A program made the translations under genes and the position numbers. Below the pieces are notes generated by a model. It had not been told where the DNA came from. It searched no databases and saw only the letters and a program-made list of their open reading frames with translations. A stretch of DNA of 63,671 bases, counting the filler, from Basidioascus undulatus (lineage: Eukaryota): NCBI GenBank assembly GCA_000826855.1. It is 17 parts of 17 records of this genome, joined end to end, with 100 filler letters (N's around TTAATTAATTAA, not from the genome) between each part and the next. Parts side by side here need not be neighbours in the genome. Positions count along the whole stretch, not along the records: positions 1 to 2,455 come from JTLS01002752.1; positions 2,556 to 5,009 come from JTLS01002753.1; positions 5,110 to 7,562 come from JTLS01002754.1; positions 7,663 to 10,113 come from JTLS01002755.1; positions 10,214 to 12,660 come from JTLS01002756.1; 12 more parts are not named here. One strand, 5' to 3'. Within the stretch, counting starts at the first letter, position 1. Each line of letters begins with the position of its first letter. Positions 1 to 12,252 of the stretch are shown piece after piece.

Positions 1-2455
1 GCCGCTCTCCACGTCCTCCCCCATCCAGCGACAGCTCACCGGTGCGGGTGCAGGCGCGGGCCTCCCGCCGTCGTCGCCCATCGCGCGGCAGCTGACGGGG
101 CAACAGTCCCCCGCGGCCGCGAGCCCGCCCGCGCGCCAGGTCCGCTTCGCCGGCGGCGCGCAGCAGCAGCCGCAACAGCCTGCGGGGGCGGACGCGCCGT
201 GGGATATCACCGCCGAGGAGAAGAGCGGGTACGACGGCTTCTTTGATGGGCTTGACCCGGCGCGCTCGGGCATCCTCGAGGCGGACAAGGCCGTCGAGTT
301 CCTCAGCCAGAGTGGGCTGCCAGTCGACGAGCTCGCGCAGGTTTGGTGGGTAGCGCTCTTTTTTCTTTTCCTTCCCTTGGCTTGTTTCGTCACTTCGTTT
401 CTGAGCTTATGGGCGTGCGCGCAACAGGGACCTCGTGGACATCCGCAAAGAGGGCAAGCTCAGCAGGGACGAGTTTGCTGTTGCGATGCACCTCATCAAC
501 GCCAAGCTCGCCGGGAACGACCTCCCCGTTGAGCTCCCCGCATCGCTGGTGCCCCCCAGCTTGCGGTCCGTCGCCGCGCCTACGGCTGCTCAGCAGCGTC
601 AACGTGCGTGTTCCAGTGCATTTGAGTCCTAGATCTCTAGGATGCTGATGGAGGATGGGGTGAATCGGGACAGCCTCCGCCGCGGACGACCTCTTTGACC
701 TTATGAGCGACGAGCCCGGAGCGTCGCAGACGACTGCGCCGAACTCGACGTTCTTTGGCGCACCGCCCGCATCCGTCGCGCCGCCCGCGCAGGCCCAGTC
801 GCCTCCCCCTCCGACGTCCTCGCCCTTCCATCCTCCAGGCACCACCGGGTCGCCCGCGCCCGGACCTCCCCCCGCGGCATCCCGCATCCAGTCCCCGCCT
901 CCGCCCGTCCACACCCCCGCGCCCGCTGCGCCCGCGCTGATGGACGACCTCCTCGGCGACTCCGACGTGCAGCAGGCGAAGCTGGACGGGGACACGGCCG
1001 CGATCTCGCAGCTGAAAGGGCAGCTCTCGGACACGGACCGCGCGCTGGCGGCGTACCAGGCGCGGCGGGCGGAGCTCGAGACGCGCGTGTCTGCCGCGTC
1101 CGCCGAGCGCGCGGAGCTCGAGGGGCGCCTCGAGTCGGCGCGCAAGGCGCACGACACGGAGAGCCGCCTCGTGTCGGACTTGCAGATCCGCTCGACCGAG
1201 ACGGCTGCGGACATCGTGCGCTTCCAGCAGGAGCTGATTACCGCCGAGAGCGACGTGAGCGCGCTGCGCGTCGAGAAGGCTGAGATCGAGCAGGCGCTCA
1301 TGCGCGACCGCGAGGAGGTGCGCTCGCTCAAGGCGCGCGTGGGCGAGGTCCAGGCGGAGGTGGCTGCGCTGCGCGCGGAAGTGGACAAGCTCAAGAAGGA
1401 TGGCAGGCAGGCGAAGGGGCTGGGGACGATCGCGCGCAAGCAGCTTGGCGGGGCGGAGGCGGAGCGGGAGAAGGTCAAGGAGGACTTGGGTGCGCTGGAG
1501 AGCGGCGTCGAGGGCCTCACCCTTTCCGCTCCCTCGCCCGTCGCGGCCGCTGCCACCGGCGCTGTGTCCCCATCCGTGGCAGCGACCGTGCCCCTCCCGC
1601 TCAGCCCACAAGGCACCGGTCTCGCGAGCCCGGCGGCATCCGTGCGCTCCAACAACCCCTTCGACCGCCTCACAGGCGGGACGGCCACGCCTACCGCCAC
1701 CTCCCCCGGCCCCGCATCCCCCTCCTCCAACAGCGGCATCCCCTCCAGCCTTGCTGCAGTCGGCGGCGCACTCGCAGCGGGCGCTGCTGCCGTTGGTGGC
1801 GCCCTCGCTACAGGCGCGGAGAAGTTCAACGAGGCTATTGGACCCGAGACGGACGCCCAGCGCGAGGCGGAGAAGGCTGCGACGCCCAAGCCCGAGGACG
1901 ACGGAGAGAAGGACCCGTTCGACGTCCCCTCCTCCGCGACCGCCCTCGCGACCGCCGCCGCCCCTGCAGACGTCTTCGCGTCCTTCGACGACTCATTTGG
2001 CGCTGACGACTTTGCTGCCCCCGCTGCTGCTGCTGCTGCTGCCGCCGCCGCGACGGACTTTGACGAGGCGTTTGCGGCGCTGGACAACAAGAAGGAGGAG
2101 GAGGCCGCCCCGTCCGCGCCTGCGGACGCGTTCGGGAGCTGCTTCGTCCCGCCCCCGTCAGCGTCGGCGTCCGCGTCTGCTGTGGCGTTTGATGATGCGT
2201 TTGGCGCGACGGAGCAGAAGGATGAGGAGAAGGAGGAGGAGGTAGAGGAGCCCAAGGCGGGCGAGGGGGAGAAGGAAAAGTCGCCATTCGACGCGGACGC
2301 GTTCGCTCCCCCGCCGGTGGCGGAGGCGCCAATGCCAGTCCCCGCTGAGGAGGCTGCGCAGGTCCCCGCGCCGCGCTCGCCGACCCCGCCGCCTGCCGCT
2401 GTCCCCGCAGCAGCAGCAGCAGCGAACGCGGAGGAGGAGGACGAGTCGAGCGACG
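1..2455 (+). CDS. EDE1: Eps15/Ede1-like EH-domain endocytic scaffold, partial (both ends missing)
   Basis: Spliced frame (introns 346-427, 604-673) gives an EH domain [20 protein letters not shown]...[37 protein letters not shown]...[13 protein letters not shown] motifs precede it; a Pro-rich linker, long coiled coil and NPF/DPF motifs follow. Confidence 0.88.
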
Positions 2456-2555
2456 NNNNNNNNNNNNNNNNNNNNNNNNNNNNNNNNNNNNNNNNNNNNT
2501 TAATTAATTAANNNNNNNNNNNNNNNNNNNNNNNNNNNNNNNNNNNNNNNNNNNN
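2456..2555. other. Artificial contig-joining linker (N44-TTAATTAATTAA-N44, stops in all six frames). Identical copies start at 5010, 7563, 10114, 12661, 15207, 17753, 40852, 43397, 45941, 48484, 51024, 53529, 56067, 58604 and 61138.
   Basis: Sixteen identical 100-bp blocks; genes are cut abruptly at them. Confidence 0.99.
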
Positions 2556-3149
2556 TACTAAAGCATTGATAAAATTGTGATATACACTCGCCAACGCATT
2601 CGAAGCTGGGTAGCAGGCAGGAAACGCAGCACTGGTTCAGCGGTTGTCCGAATGTGGCAGTGTTCGAGCTGTTTCCTTTGTTTCTCCATCGTGTCATCCG
2701 TGAAGTGCCCACCTCCAAAATCAATGCATGCTGTAAGTATTTGTAACCTTCCACAACTGCGAGAAGAAACCCCTTCTATAAGTCATATTCCTGCCAAGTG
2801 GAGTCACAGTAGTTTAAGCACTCTGAAGACACATGCGTCTAAACGAGGCATACTGCTATGTATTTCGAATGGCATCAACGGAAACTAGTCTCTGATAAGG
2901 AAGATATGGGCCAAAATCAACCCCATACTAGGCGCGTTATTAGCGTTGACGGTACCACATACCGTCTTCTTCAGTGTCGCAGATGCGCCACTGCGCGTGG
3001 AAGGACGGGTCCCTTGACCACGATTGAACCGAAGGGACCTCCTGATCATGTGCGATGTCGTAAGACGAGATCTTTACGAAAACCGAGGCGCTGAAGCTTG
3101 CGACCGTGAGAAGCGAACATGATACTGTAAGGCAAGGTGCGGGGGAGTA

Positions 3150-4300
3150 TGCGGAAGATGAACACTATATGAATGTACGCCCATGCACCGTATTCAGCGC
3201 CCGTATCGCCCTCATCACACTTGATAGAGAGCTCCGGCAAATCAGGCATTTGCAAGAGCCCCTTAGCCAGCCAGATCTGAACCCGGTTAGCGCACTCAGC
3301 ACGACACCGGGAACAAAATATTAGGCGAGAAGATGGCGTACCAGATCCTCCGTTTCACATGGACACGTAAAGCTCAGTGATTCAACGCTGAGCCTGTCTC
3401 CGAACCCGCAGTCGTCGAACGCGTACTGAAGCCTCCGCCCCAGAGGCCCGCCCAGGCTGTGCATCGACGCGTAGCTCGGCATGCTTGATGGGATAGCGTT
3501 CGGAGAGCCGGGAGGTATGGGAAAAGACGGTGTCGAACGCCACTGTCGGCGAATGGCAGTAGGCGATCCTGTGCAGGTTCGGAAACAGTGTCTCGGTCGG
3601 CGAAGAAGACCTGGGCGACAGCGTCTCTTCCCGGTACTGAGCGTCCCGGTACTCGAGCTACTCCCGACCTAGCCCAAGCAAAGTCTGCATTTCGGAGATT
3701 CGGCAGACGAGTCCCCGAAGCTCGGGAAGTAGGGGAGTCATTGACAGGTCGTTGAGAGGAGGTGGGTCCTTCGGGTCGGCCCAAACTCGAGCTCCTCAAT
3801 CTCGGGCGACCATTCGAGGCTCGGTTCCGAAGTTTTATGTACATGCATAGCAATTGGTTTAACCAGGTCTAAACGGGCCCAACAGTCTGCTGCTTTGAAG
3901 AGTAGCAAGAAAGGACGACGAAGCAGTGCGCAGTTAGGGACACAGAGCGTAGTACTGCTTCTTCGCCTGTGGAGTGTAGTCCTTCCCTTCAGGCACCAAT
4001 ATGCTCATACAAGAGAGAACATAGATACGAACCCAATCCCATATCCCTTCTGCGCCTAGCCAGTCAATCGCTCCAGAGAGCAGCGTGAAGCACGTGGTGC
4101 TGTAGGCAGACCCCATGCCTACCGTTGCCTGCCGCCCCTTTTTGAGCTGCTTTCTTGGTTTAAGGCCTTACATAATCGCAGCCAATAGTTCTAAAGCACT
4201 GTCGGATGTCGCCGGTCGCGTTTGTAGTTCACTTCCGAGTGTTTCTCGCACGTGGATGAGTGTTTCTCGCACGTGGTTCCCTGTCGGCTGTAATGAAGAC
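3150..4300 (-). pseudogene. Possible degenerate F-box/LRR (RNI-like) gene remnant
   Basis: LRR-like fragments lie in different minus frames (YYALCP*LRT, LPNLRNADF, LFPYLPALRTLS). There is also a clean intron (GTACGC...GCTAAC...TTCAG) joining ETEDL to IWLAKGLLQMPDLPELSI. No continuous frame; boundaries are approximate. Confidence 0.25.
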
Positions 4301-4514
4301 AGCCAACCACGGCTTGCGCCGTTCTTAATTGGCAGTGTGATACATTGAAAATACCCATGTAATGAACTGAAATGGCCATTATATGCAGTGCCAGCGACTG
4401 CGAGGAGTAGGCACTGGCTGCTCGATATGCAGTCTGCGTGCAGCAGCCTCTCAGCCAGTACCAAACCCCACGTTCTTAAACAGACAGTCGAAGTCATTCC
4501 CAAATGCTCAAATC

Positions 4515-4930
4515 TCACCGCGCCACACCTATCCCATTCAGCGGGACCTCCCCCGTCTCCATCTCGAGTTTCCCATCCAACACGACCGCGGCCCTCCTCT
4601 CCCTCTTGACCTCCTCCTCATCTCTCGGCCTGCCGAAAGTCCCTAGCGACACCGTCGTCGAAGTCGAACCACCAACGGACCATGCGCCCGCGCTGTCCTC
4701 CGAGCATCCTCCCCCGCTCTCCTCAGAGCACCCCCACGCGCTCTCGGTCTCCTCCGAGCCCCAGTCCTCCCGCTCCTCCAGGTCCTCCAGGCCCGCCCAC
4801 CCATCGCCGCTGTACATCTCCACCGGCGTGCGGAGGATCGAGCACCGATTCTCCAGATGCGGTGCGGGCGGCTCGAGGGACAGCTTCGGGACGGGCTTGC
4901 GCCGGATGGGCTTGAAGGAGCGGAGCGTTG
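4515..4930 (-). CDS. Last exon of an unidentified gene
   Basis: Open frame ...RSFKPIRRKPVPKL...GIGVAR* downstream of a CTGAC branch point and pyrimidine tract at the contig end. Confidence 0.35.
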
Positions 4931-5109
4931 CTTAGGGCCGGTCTGGCGTGCGACAAGAAAGGATAGGAAGAGGGAGGGTATAGCGAGTTCGTCAGTCACC
5001 TGGTTGGGANNNNNNNNNNNNNNNNNNNNNNNNNNNNNNNNNNNNNNNNNNNNTTAATTAATTAANNNNNNNNNNNNNNNNNNNNNNNNNNNNNNNNNNN
5101 NNNNNNNNN

Positions 5110-7562
5110 TTTGAGCCATGATAAAAGGGCCACTTCATTGTCTCTATTTTTCCTTCTTGACGACGATCATACGCTTGCTCATGGCTCAGCAGTTGAGTGC
5201 TGTTCAATTTCGATAGGTTATGAGCCCACACTGCGCCTAGTTTCTACACCATGACACACTCTCTCTCCTCTGCGACCATCAATTACTCCGTGCGCCCTCT
5301 GGACAACAAGCTCAAATCAGACACCACTGATTTCGACAGCTGGTCCATGCATATGGAGTCTCTCCTCACTATCGCTCATGTTTATGGCATCTTTGATGGC
5401 TCTCATCCTCGCCCTCTTTCCATACACCTCTCTAACGAAACCGACGATGCTGACGCCAGCTCTGAGCATGGCGATGCTCCTCCTTCTGCCGCCCATTCCT
5501 CTCTCGCCAAATCTACAGACCAGCAGGCCCTCGCAAGTTGGCTCGAAGCCAACAGCTTCGCTCTCTCTCTTCTCCGACTCTCCATCGACTCCTCGCTCGT
5601 CAACAGCCTCCTCTTCAGCGTCCGCTCTGCCAAGATGGCCTGGGACAAGGTCCACACACACTATCGTCCCATCACACACCACACCAAGGTCCATCTCGCT
5701 AGACGCCTGTTCCGCCTCCGCTTGGACGAAGGAGGATCCGTCCCCGAGCATGTCAAGGAGTTCCAGGATGTCATCAACAATCTCCTCGCGCTCAAGGTCA
5801 AGCTCCCGGATGAGATCCTCGCCTTCTTCCTCCTTGCTACGCTTCCCGAGCCCTATGCCGCATTCGTCACCACGCTCGAGAATCGCAACTCTGAGCTCAC
5901 ACTCGAAAGTGCGATCAGCACACTCGTCCAGGAGGCATCTCGTTGCGAGGAGTTCAGCTCAAGTAGCGCCACCCATCTTGCCAACAAGGACAAGGGCAGG
6001 AGGGACCGCACCTTCATCAATCGCTTCAGGAGGAGTACACCAGTAAGCCGCCGCCTACTCCATGTACATGCGGGGAGATGCACTGGCGCATACAATGTCC
6101 CACGGGTGGATGCAAGTCTGCCAACATCGCTGTCACCTCCGCATCTCTCGCTCTGGCTCCCAGCACACCGGCGGTGTCCACTCCTTCCAGCAACCTCGCG
6201 TGCGCCGCTCCGATTCCAACGATCTCCGAAGCTCGAGACCGGCGACCTGGGAGCGGCCTGGATCGCTGCCACGGACGGATTCACTGTGCCGAGCCGCGAC
6301 GGCTGGTAACACGACTCAGGCGCATCACAAATGATGTCCAGCGATGCTTCCATCTTCGCCATGCTCAGGCCCGTCGTTCCGGAGCCGATCTCACTCGCAG
6401 GCAAAGGGCGGACTGTCTATGCCACTGCAGTCGGCTCGGTCGTCATCCCTGCGCTGGACGGAAACAGGTGCCTGCATGCAATCACCTTCCGCAATGTCCT
6501 CTACGGCCCGGACATCGGCAAGAACCTCATCTCCATCTCGCGCCTCACTCGCCTCGGCTTCTATGTCAGCTTTGCGAGCGATACAGTCACTGTCTCGCGC
6601 AAGGACAGCGTCATCGTCGCCTGTGGCATCCGAGATGGAAGCCTCTTCCGCCTCGCACAACCACCCAGACCAATCGCTGTCACGGGTGCGCCTCTCGCCG
6701 CCTTCGCCGCTTCCCTTCGCGCACCAGCGCTGACCATCTCCACCTGGCATCGACGCCTCAGGCATCTCAACTTCCAGTCGGTTAAAGCGCTCGCATCCAG
6801 CGGCCTTGTCCACAGGTTGAATCTCCTTGGTGATCTGTCTACGTGCGAATGTCAAGCCTGTGTTGCTGGGAAGATGCATTGTTTACTGTTTCCGGACTCC
6901 ACCTCGCATGCCTCTACCCTTGGCGAGCTTATCCACTCGGATCTACTCGATGTCTCTCACGCCTCCCTCGATGGGAACTGTTACATTCTCACCTTCATCA
7001 ATGACCATTCGCGGAAGCTCTTCATCTACCTCCTCTGACACAAGTCGGATGCCTTTGCACGTTTCCAGGAGTTCCATGAACTCCTTGACTGAGCACAAGC
7101 TCAAGGCCCTCCGCACTGACAATGGTGGCAAGTATGTCTCCCATGCATTCTCTGGCTATCTTGTGAAGCATGGCATCCGTCACAAGCGGATGATGCCCTA
7201 CACGCCCCAACAAAACGCACGCACCGAGTGCATCAACCTCTCCATCGCCAACACCGTCCGCAACATGCTCATCGACTCCGGTCTCCCCTGACATTTGCGT
7301 ATGTCAAGAACCGCTGCCCACACAAGGCCCTCGGCAGCGATGTTCCGGAGCGCATCTGGTCCGGCAACGTGCCACACGTCACGCACCTTCGGGTCTTCGG
7401 GTGCCGCGCATTTGAGCTCGTGCCAAAGGAGAAGCGCACATCCAAACTCGCTCCTCGCAGCCTCCCACGCATCTTTGTCGGTTACAATGCCAATGCGAAG
7501 GCCTATCGCCTCTATGACCCTATAGCCTGCCGTTCTCCCTCTCCTGCGACGTCTCCTTCTTC
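5110..7562 (+). mobile_element. Ty1/copia LTR retrotransposon, degenerate and truncated (partial 5' LTR, PBS, gag, protease, integrase; RT not in contig)
   Basis: Gag/UBN2-like ORF from 5251 (HVKEFQDVINNL...LLATLPEPY). Zinc knuckle PCTCGEMHWRIQCP in a shifted frame. Protease GW*HDSGASQMM (stop 6307-6309). HHCC motif WHRRLRHLN...CQACVAGK. Integrase motifs LIHSDL, LRTDNGGKY, TPQQNA and HLRVFGC. PR-IN order is copia-type. Confidence 0.95.
5216..5227 (+). other. Primer-binding site of the copia element (GGTTATGAGCCC)
   Basis: Lies 24 nt before the gag ATG and resembles the GGTTATGGGCCC-type PBS of copia elements primed by an initiator tRNA-Met half. Confidence 0.75.
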
Positions 7563-7718
7563 NNNNNNNNNNNNNNNNNNNNNNNNNNNNNNNNNNNNNN
7601 NNNNNNTTAATTAATTAANNNNNNNNNNNNNNNNNNNNNNNNNNNNNNNNNNNNNNNNNNNNCTTTGATATATAAAAAGATGGGGCCGTCATGGTGCGCA
7701 GTTGATGAGCCCTGAGGG

Positions 7719-7734
7719 GTGTGTGTGTGTGTGT
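7719..7734. repeat. (GT)n microsatellite
   Basis: gtgtgtgtgtgtgtgt run. Confidence 0.85.
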
Positions 7735-8269
7735 GGTGGGTATGGGTGCGCTGCTGTGAGGAGGGTAAAGATCGCGCGGGTAACGATCGAGGGTCGAGCG
7801 AAAGTCCACTCGAGCAGTGAACGAGCGGTGCAGAAGTCAGGAGCGGATAAAGGAGAACAAGCAAAGAGTGTGCACAGCAGCGCAAGGCTTGGTCCGTGTG
7901 GCGAGGCGATGCGCAGACACCGATCGACTGTTCAAAGAAAAGACTATTGAATGCTGCGTTTCGATTAGCCCACCGCTAACAAGTCTAGGAGGCAAGGGTT
8001 CTACCGAGCACATATCTTGCGCGTTCGGGGTGGACGACTGCGGATGCGGTGATGAGACGCCAGACGAAATGGGGTTGCGGGGAATGTCGCGACGCTTTGA
8101 TAAGGATTCTGATGTCATATTGCTCGTCAATAACGGACCAACCTCCTCCGGCATGCACAGAAACCACATCCAAATCCAGGTCTTGAATGCAAGAGAGACG
8201 ACAAGGCAAAGACGAAAGCAAGAGCAATAGCAAGCGTATCCCAACATCCCCAGTCACCGTTCCCAACAC

Positions 8270-10113
8270 TCAGCGCCTCCAGAACCCGCCCAACCTCCTA
8301 AAGAACCCACCCGGTCCGTTCGCCTTGACCTCCTTGGGCTCCGCATTCCGGCTCGGCTCCACCTTCTTCTGCTCTGTCGTCTCCTCAGCCTTCAACTGCT
8401 TCTTCTCCCGCTCCCCCTGCTCCTCCTCCTCTCCCACCTCCTCCTTCCCATTCGCCTCCTCTGCCTCCCCCTTCTCCGCCTCCTGCTCAGCCCCCGCGCT
8501 CCTCCGGCGCTTCCCCGCCGCCGTCGAGCGCCTACGCGCCTGCGCCTGCTCCGGCTCGGACGCAGACTCCTCGTCCGCCGGGTCAGGTTTGAGCGCCTTC
8601 CCGTCTTGGCTCTGCTTCCTCGAGCGCTTCGCCGGCTTCACCGCCTCCGGCTCGGAAACGGGATCCTCGTCCGCCCGGTGCTTATACGCCTTCCCGTCCT
8701 CGCCGGCGTCCGTGCGACGCTTCCGCTTCTTGGTCGGCGAGCGGCCCGCCAAGCTCTCCGCATCCGCCTCCGACGGCGGGTCTTCATCTGCCGGATCAGG
8801 CCTGAACGCTTGGGCGTCCTCGTTCCGCGCACGCTTCTTGCCCGTCGACGAAGCGGCTGGCGCCGTCGAGCGCGGAGCAGGCGCAGGCTTGACGGGTGCC
8901 TCGCGAGCACTCGCCACGCTCTCGCGCCTTGCCCTCTTCGCGCGCGGGCTCGACGCCGGCTCACCCGCGAGGCTCTCCGCGTCGCTCTCCTGGCTCGTTT
9001 TCTCGTGCTCGCGCTTCCTCCTTGTCGAACGGCGGACGCTCGGCGGGGGCGCGAGGGACGACGCGGACGCCGCGGAGCCGGACGTCGCTGTCGAGGCTGT
9101 GGAGCTGGGCGGGCGCGCGCGGGGGGTGGATTTGCCTTTGTCGGCGTAGAGCTGCATGATATCGATATTGATGAGAGAGGAGAGAGAAAAGAGGGTGTGA
9201 GTGTGCGGAAGAAAGAGAGGGGACGACAAGGGCAAGAGGAACAGGCGGCGGCGGGTGCACAAGGGCGCGGCGAGGCCCGAGCGCAAGGACAAAGGGAGGC
9301 CGTGACAGGCGGGAAGCGAAGGACCGAAATGAGCGACGAAAGGTGGACTTACGACGCCGACGACGCCGTCGATGTGGTCCGGGCTGGCGAGGAGCGCGAG
9401 CCAGTGCCGCGTCTGCTCGTCGACCGCGCTGAGGTCGTACGTCTTGCGCTGGTTGTCGTCGTGGCTCGCGAGACCCTTGTCCTCCACCTCGGCCTTTTCG
9501 AGCATCTCGGGATTCTGTCGTAAACACCATTTCATCGCTCAGCCATTTTCCTGAAAACATCGGGAGAAAAGGATGAGGAAGGGTGAGAGGGAAGACACAC
9601 CCCGAGCCAGCACTGCGGCAGAACGTAGACGTGCGGGCTGCGCCGGACCGTCGCGCGGTGGTACCTGCACATGGAGCGCGTAACGGGGGACGAGCTCGTG
9701 TTCTGGTTCGCGAGCTCGCTCACGCGGCCGATGCTAGGCGGGCGATGATAGCTCGCGCCCACTCCCTGCGCTCCGCGATGGTGGTGATGGTGCTGCTGCG
9801 GGCGGAGCTGTTCTTCGGGCGACGTGGGCGTCCGCTCACGCGACGCCGAGCGCTGGCGCGTCGCGCGCTTGCCGGGAGTGTTGCTGCTCTCCGGAGCTGT
9901 GGGAGCGGGTGCAGCCGGTGATCCTGTGAGGGACGGCGCGCGCTTGGTGCGCGACGACCGACGCAGGAGTGGCGACGCCTCGGCAGCGGCGTCGCCGGAC
10001 GTGACATATGCGGATGTCTCAAAGCCTGACTTCTGCGGCGTCGCTTCGTTATCCGTCTCGTGCCCACCGGTGGACGCTTCCGCCTCGGGAGCGGGCGCGG
10101 GGGGAGGCGAGCG
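8270..10113 (-). CDS. Uncharacterised protein, 5'-truncated, with a Cys/His-containing segment and a long K/R/E-rich disordered tail
   Basis: In-frame exons ..10113-9601, 9514-9353 and 9151-8270 with GT-AG introns give TRSMCRYHRATV...LPQCWLG|NPEMLEKAEVEDKGLA...GVVGV|LYADKGK...GGFWRR*. Confidence 0.65.
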
Positions 10114-10269
10114 NNNNNNNNNNNNNNNNNNNNNNNNNNNNNNNNNNNNNNNNNNNNTTAATTAATTAANNNNNNNNNNNNNNNNNNNNNNNNNNNNNNN
10201 NNNNNNNNNNNNNTTCCTCCCCCTCCTTCCCCTGCACCTCAGCCCTGAAACCTAACACACCCAACACAG

Positions 10270-11806
10270 GTTCCTCCTCTTCTGCTTCATCGTCCCCGAG
10301 ACGATGTACGTCCTGGCCGACTCGGACGCGCTCGCGTCGGGCCAGTCGGACGGGGACACGGGGGACCTGGAGAAGATGTCGCTCCCACCTGGACGGGTGG
10401 GCGCGGCGTGGATGCCGTGGCATCGCCCGAGGGACTATTTGAGGCTGCTTTGTCGGCCGCTTGTTCTGGTAGGTTGCTCGATGCTTTCTCAGCCGTGGCA
10501 CTTTACTTGCTGATAGGAAACGACAGTGCACCAAGCTCGTCCTCCTCCTTCCGGCGCTCTTAGGAGGCATCGCGTTCATGTGGTGCGTTCAGTTCTGTCA
10601 GGTTGCATTAACTAACTGTCAACCTCACTTTGATCTCTTGCAGGTCGGTCGGCCTCACTGTTATCGCACCTCAAATCTTCCGCTCGCCGCCCTATAACTT
10701 CTCACCGCCCATCATCGGGGTGACCTATGTCGGTAAGTCAGCGCGAGCCCATCATGCCTTCCAGATTCGTAGCTGACAGAATTCTCTCCCTCCAACGCAG
10801 CCTGTAAGCCGGTCCCGTTCCTTTTCCTCTGACGTTTTACGATCTGACCCTCTCTGAGTAGATCTTATCGGCGGTCTTCTCGGCAAACCAGTACGCTGCC
10901 CTTTCCCTCGTTCTTACCCAGCATCACTGACACGCTCCGCCTCCCCCCAGCTCGGCGGCATCGTCGGCGACCGCGTGGTAACGTACGTGCAGAACGAGCG
11001 CGGGGGCGCTCGAGAGCCAGAGTACCGTTACTGGGCGTTGGTGCGCATCCACATTGCCTTTCCCCCATTCCAAACACTGACAGTCACCCGCCCGCACATG
11101 CAGCTTCCCCTGCTCCCCTTCCTCTTCGCCGGGCTCCTCATCTTCGGGATCTGCGTGCAACTGGACACGCACTGGTTGGGTGTACTTGCGGGGGGGACGA
11201 TCTGTGAGTTTCGATGATGATGATAAAAGGGGGTAAGGAGGCCGCTGATTTTGAGGACGGCGGGGCAGACTTCTGCGCTATGGTGGGGACTTTTGGCATC
11301 GTCCAGACTCAAATGATAGTATGTACCCAATTTCTTCTGTCGGGTTGAGGGAATCTGACAATCTGTGCCTTGACTTACAGGAAAGCAATCTGGCCGAGTC
11401 CATGAGTGCGTCAACATCATCCCAAGCGCTTGCAGTTCCGTTGTGACTGACTTCACCCCCTTCGCTCGATCTTCTTAGATGCTGTGGCTGGTAGGTTTCA
11501 CATAAGTTTATGATGGATGCCACATGTGCATGGTTGATCCCCCTCCTTGCAGTCTTCAACTTCTTCAAGTGCATCATGGGTTTCACAGCGCCCTTTTTCA
11601 CCAAGGTGAGCCCTCCCCTTCCCCGCCGCCCCACAACTTCACTTACCTGTCTCCCCCTACCACAGAGATGGTCCGCCGCCACGTCCTTCACCTCCTGCTA
11701 CGTGATCCAAGGCGTTATCACGCTCGTCTTCGGCCTCGTCATTGCGCTCATCCTCCTCCGCTGGGGCAAGCAGCTTCGCCTGGCCCAGGGCATGCCTGTG
11801 CTCTGA
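10270..11806 (+). CDS. MFS transporter, C-terminal half (multi-exon)
   Basis: Motifs FCFIVPETMY, PPYNFSPPIIGVTY, GAREPEYRY and FNFFKCIMGF; ends WGKQLRLAQGMPVL*. Confidence 0.85.
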
Positions 11807-12252
11807 TTCCCGCTTCCAACCTTTCACCCTTCTTTTTGCACGTAATACTCTTGATTCACTTTGATGTTCCTCCATATCCGTTGCATAAGAACTAGAGTAC
11901 CAAGGGATTTATCGCTTTATTCTGGAGAGACGGTCTGTCTGGTTTGCCACGCTGCCGCTGTGTCCGCTGCTCGAACAATGCCTTGGTTTATCAAGAACGA
12001 CTAGACTCTCTATGTCGAAAGTTCTCTCAGTATCCTCTGCAGCTTCTACCAAAAGTGCCAGGATGCCCGGAGGCATAGTTTCAGACTGCGTTTCGCACCC
12101 GCCCGCTTACCTAATCACAGCGCGAGATGAGACTCGCCAGCACGCGCTCGTGTCCCTTGAACAACCACCGCCGTCTTCTCCTGCCCGCTGCTCCCTTAAA
12201 CACTCCCTTCCTTTCCTTTAAATCTTCATATTCAACTAGAAGTACACACAGC

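Noticed and set aside
390..2255. Long antisense ORFs (also 8187-9149, 19995-20894, 35814-36788, 61607-63644)
   Set aside because: Shadow ORFs caused by high GC and codon bias opposite real genes.
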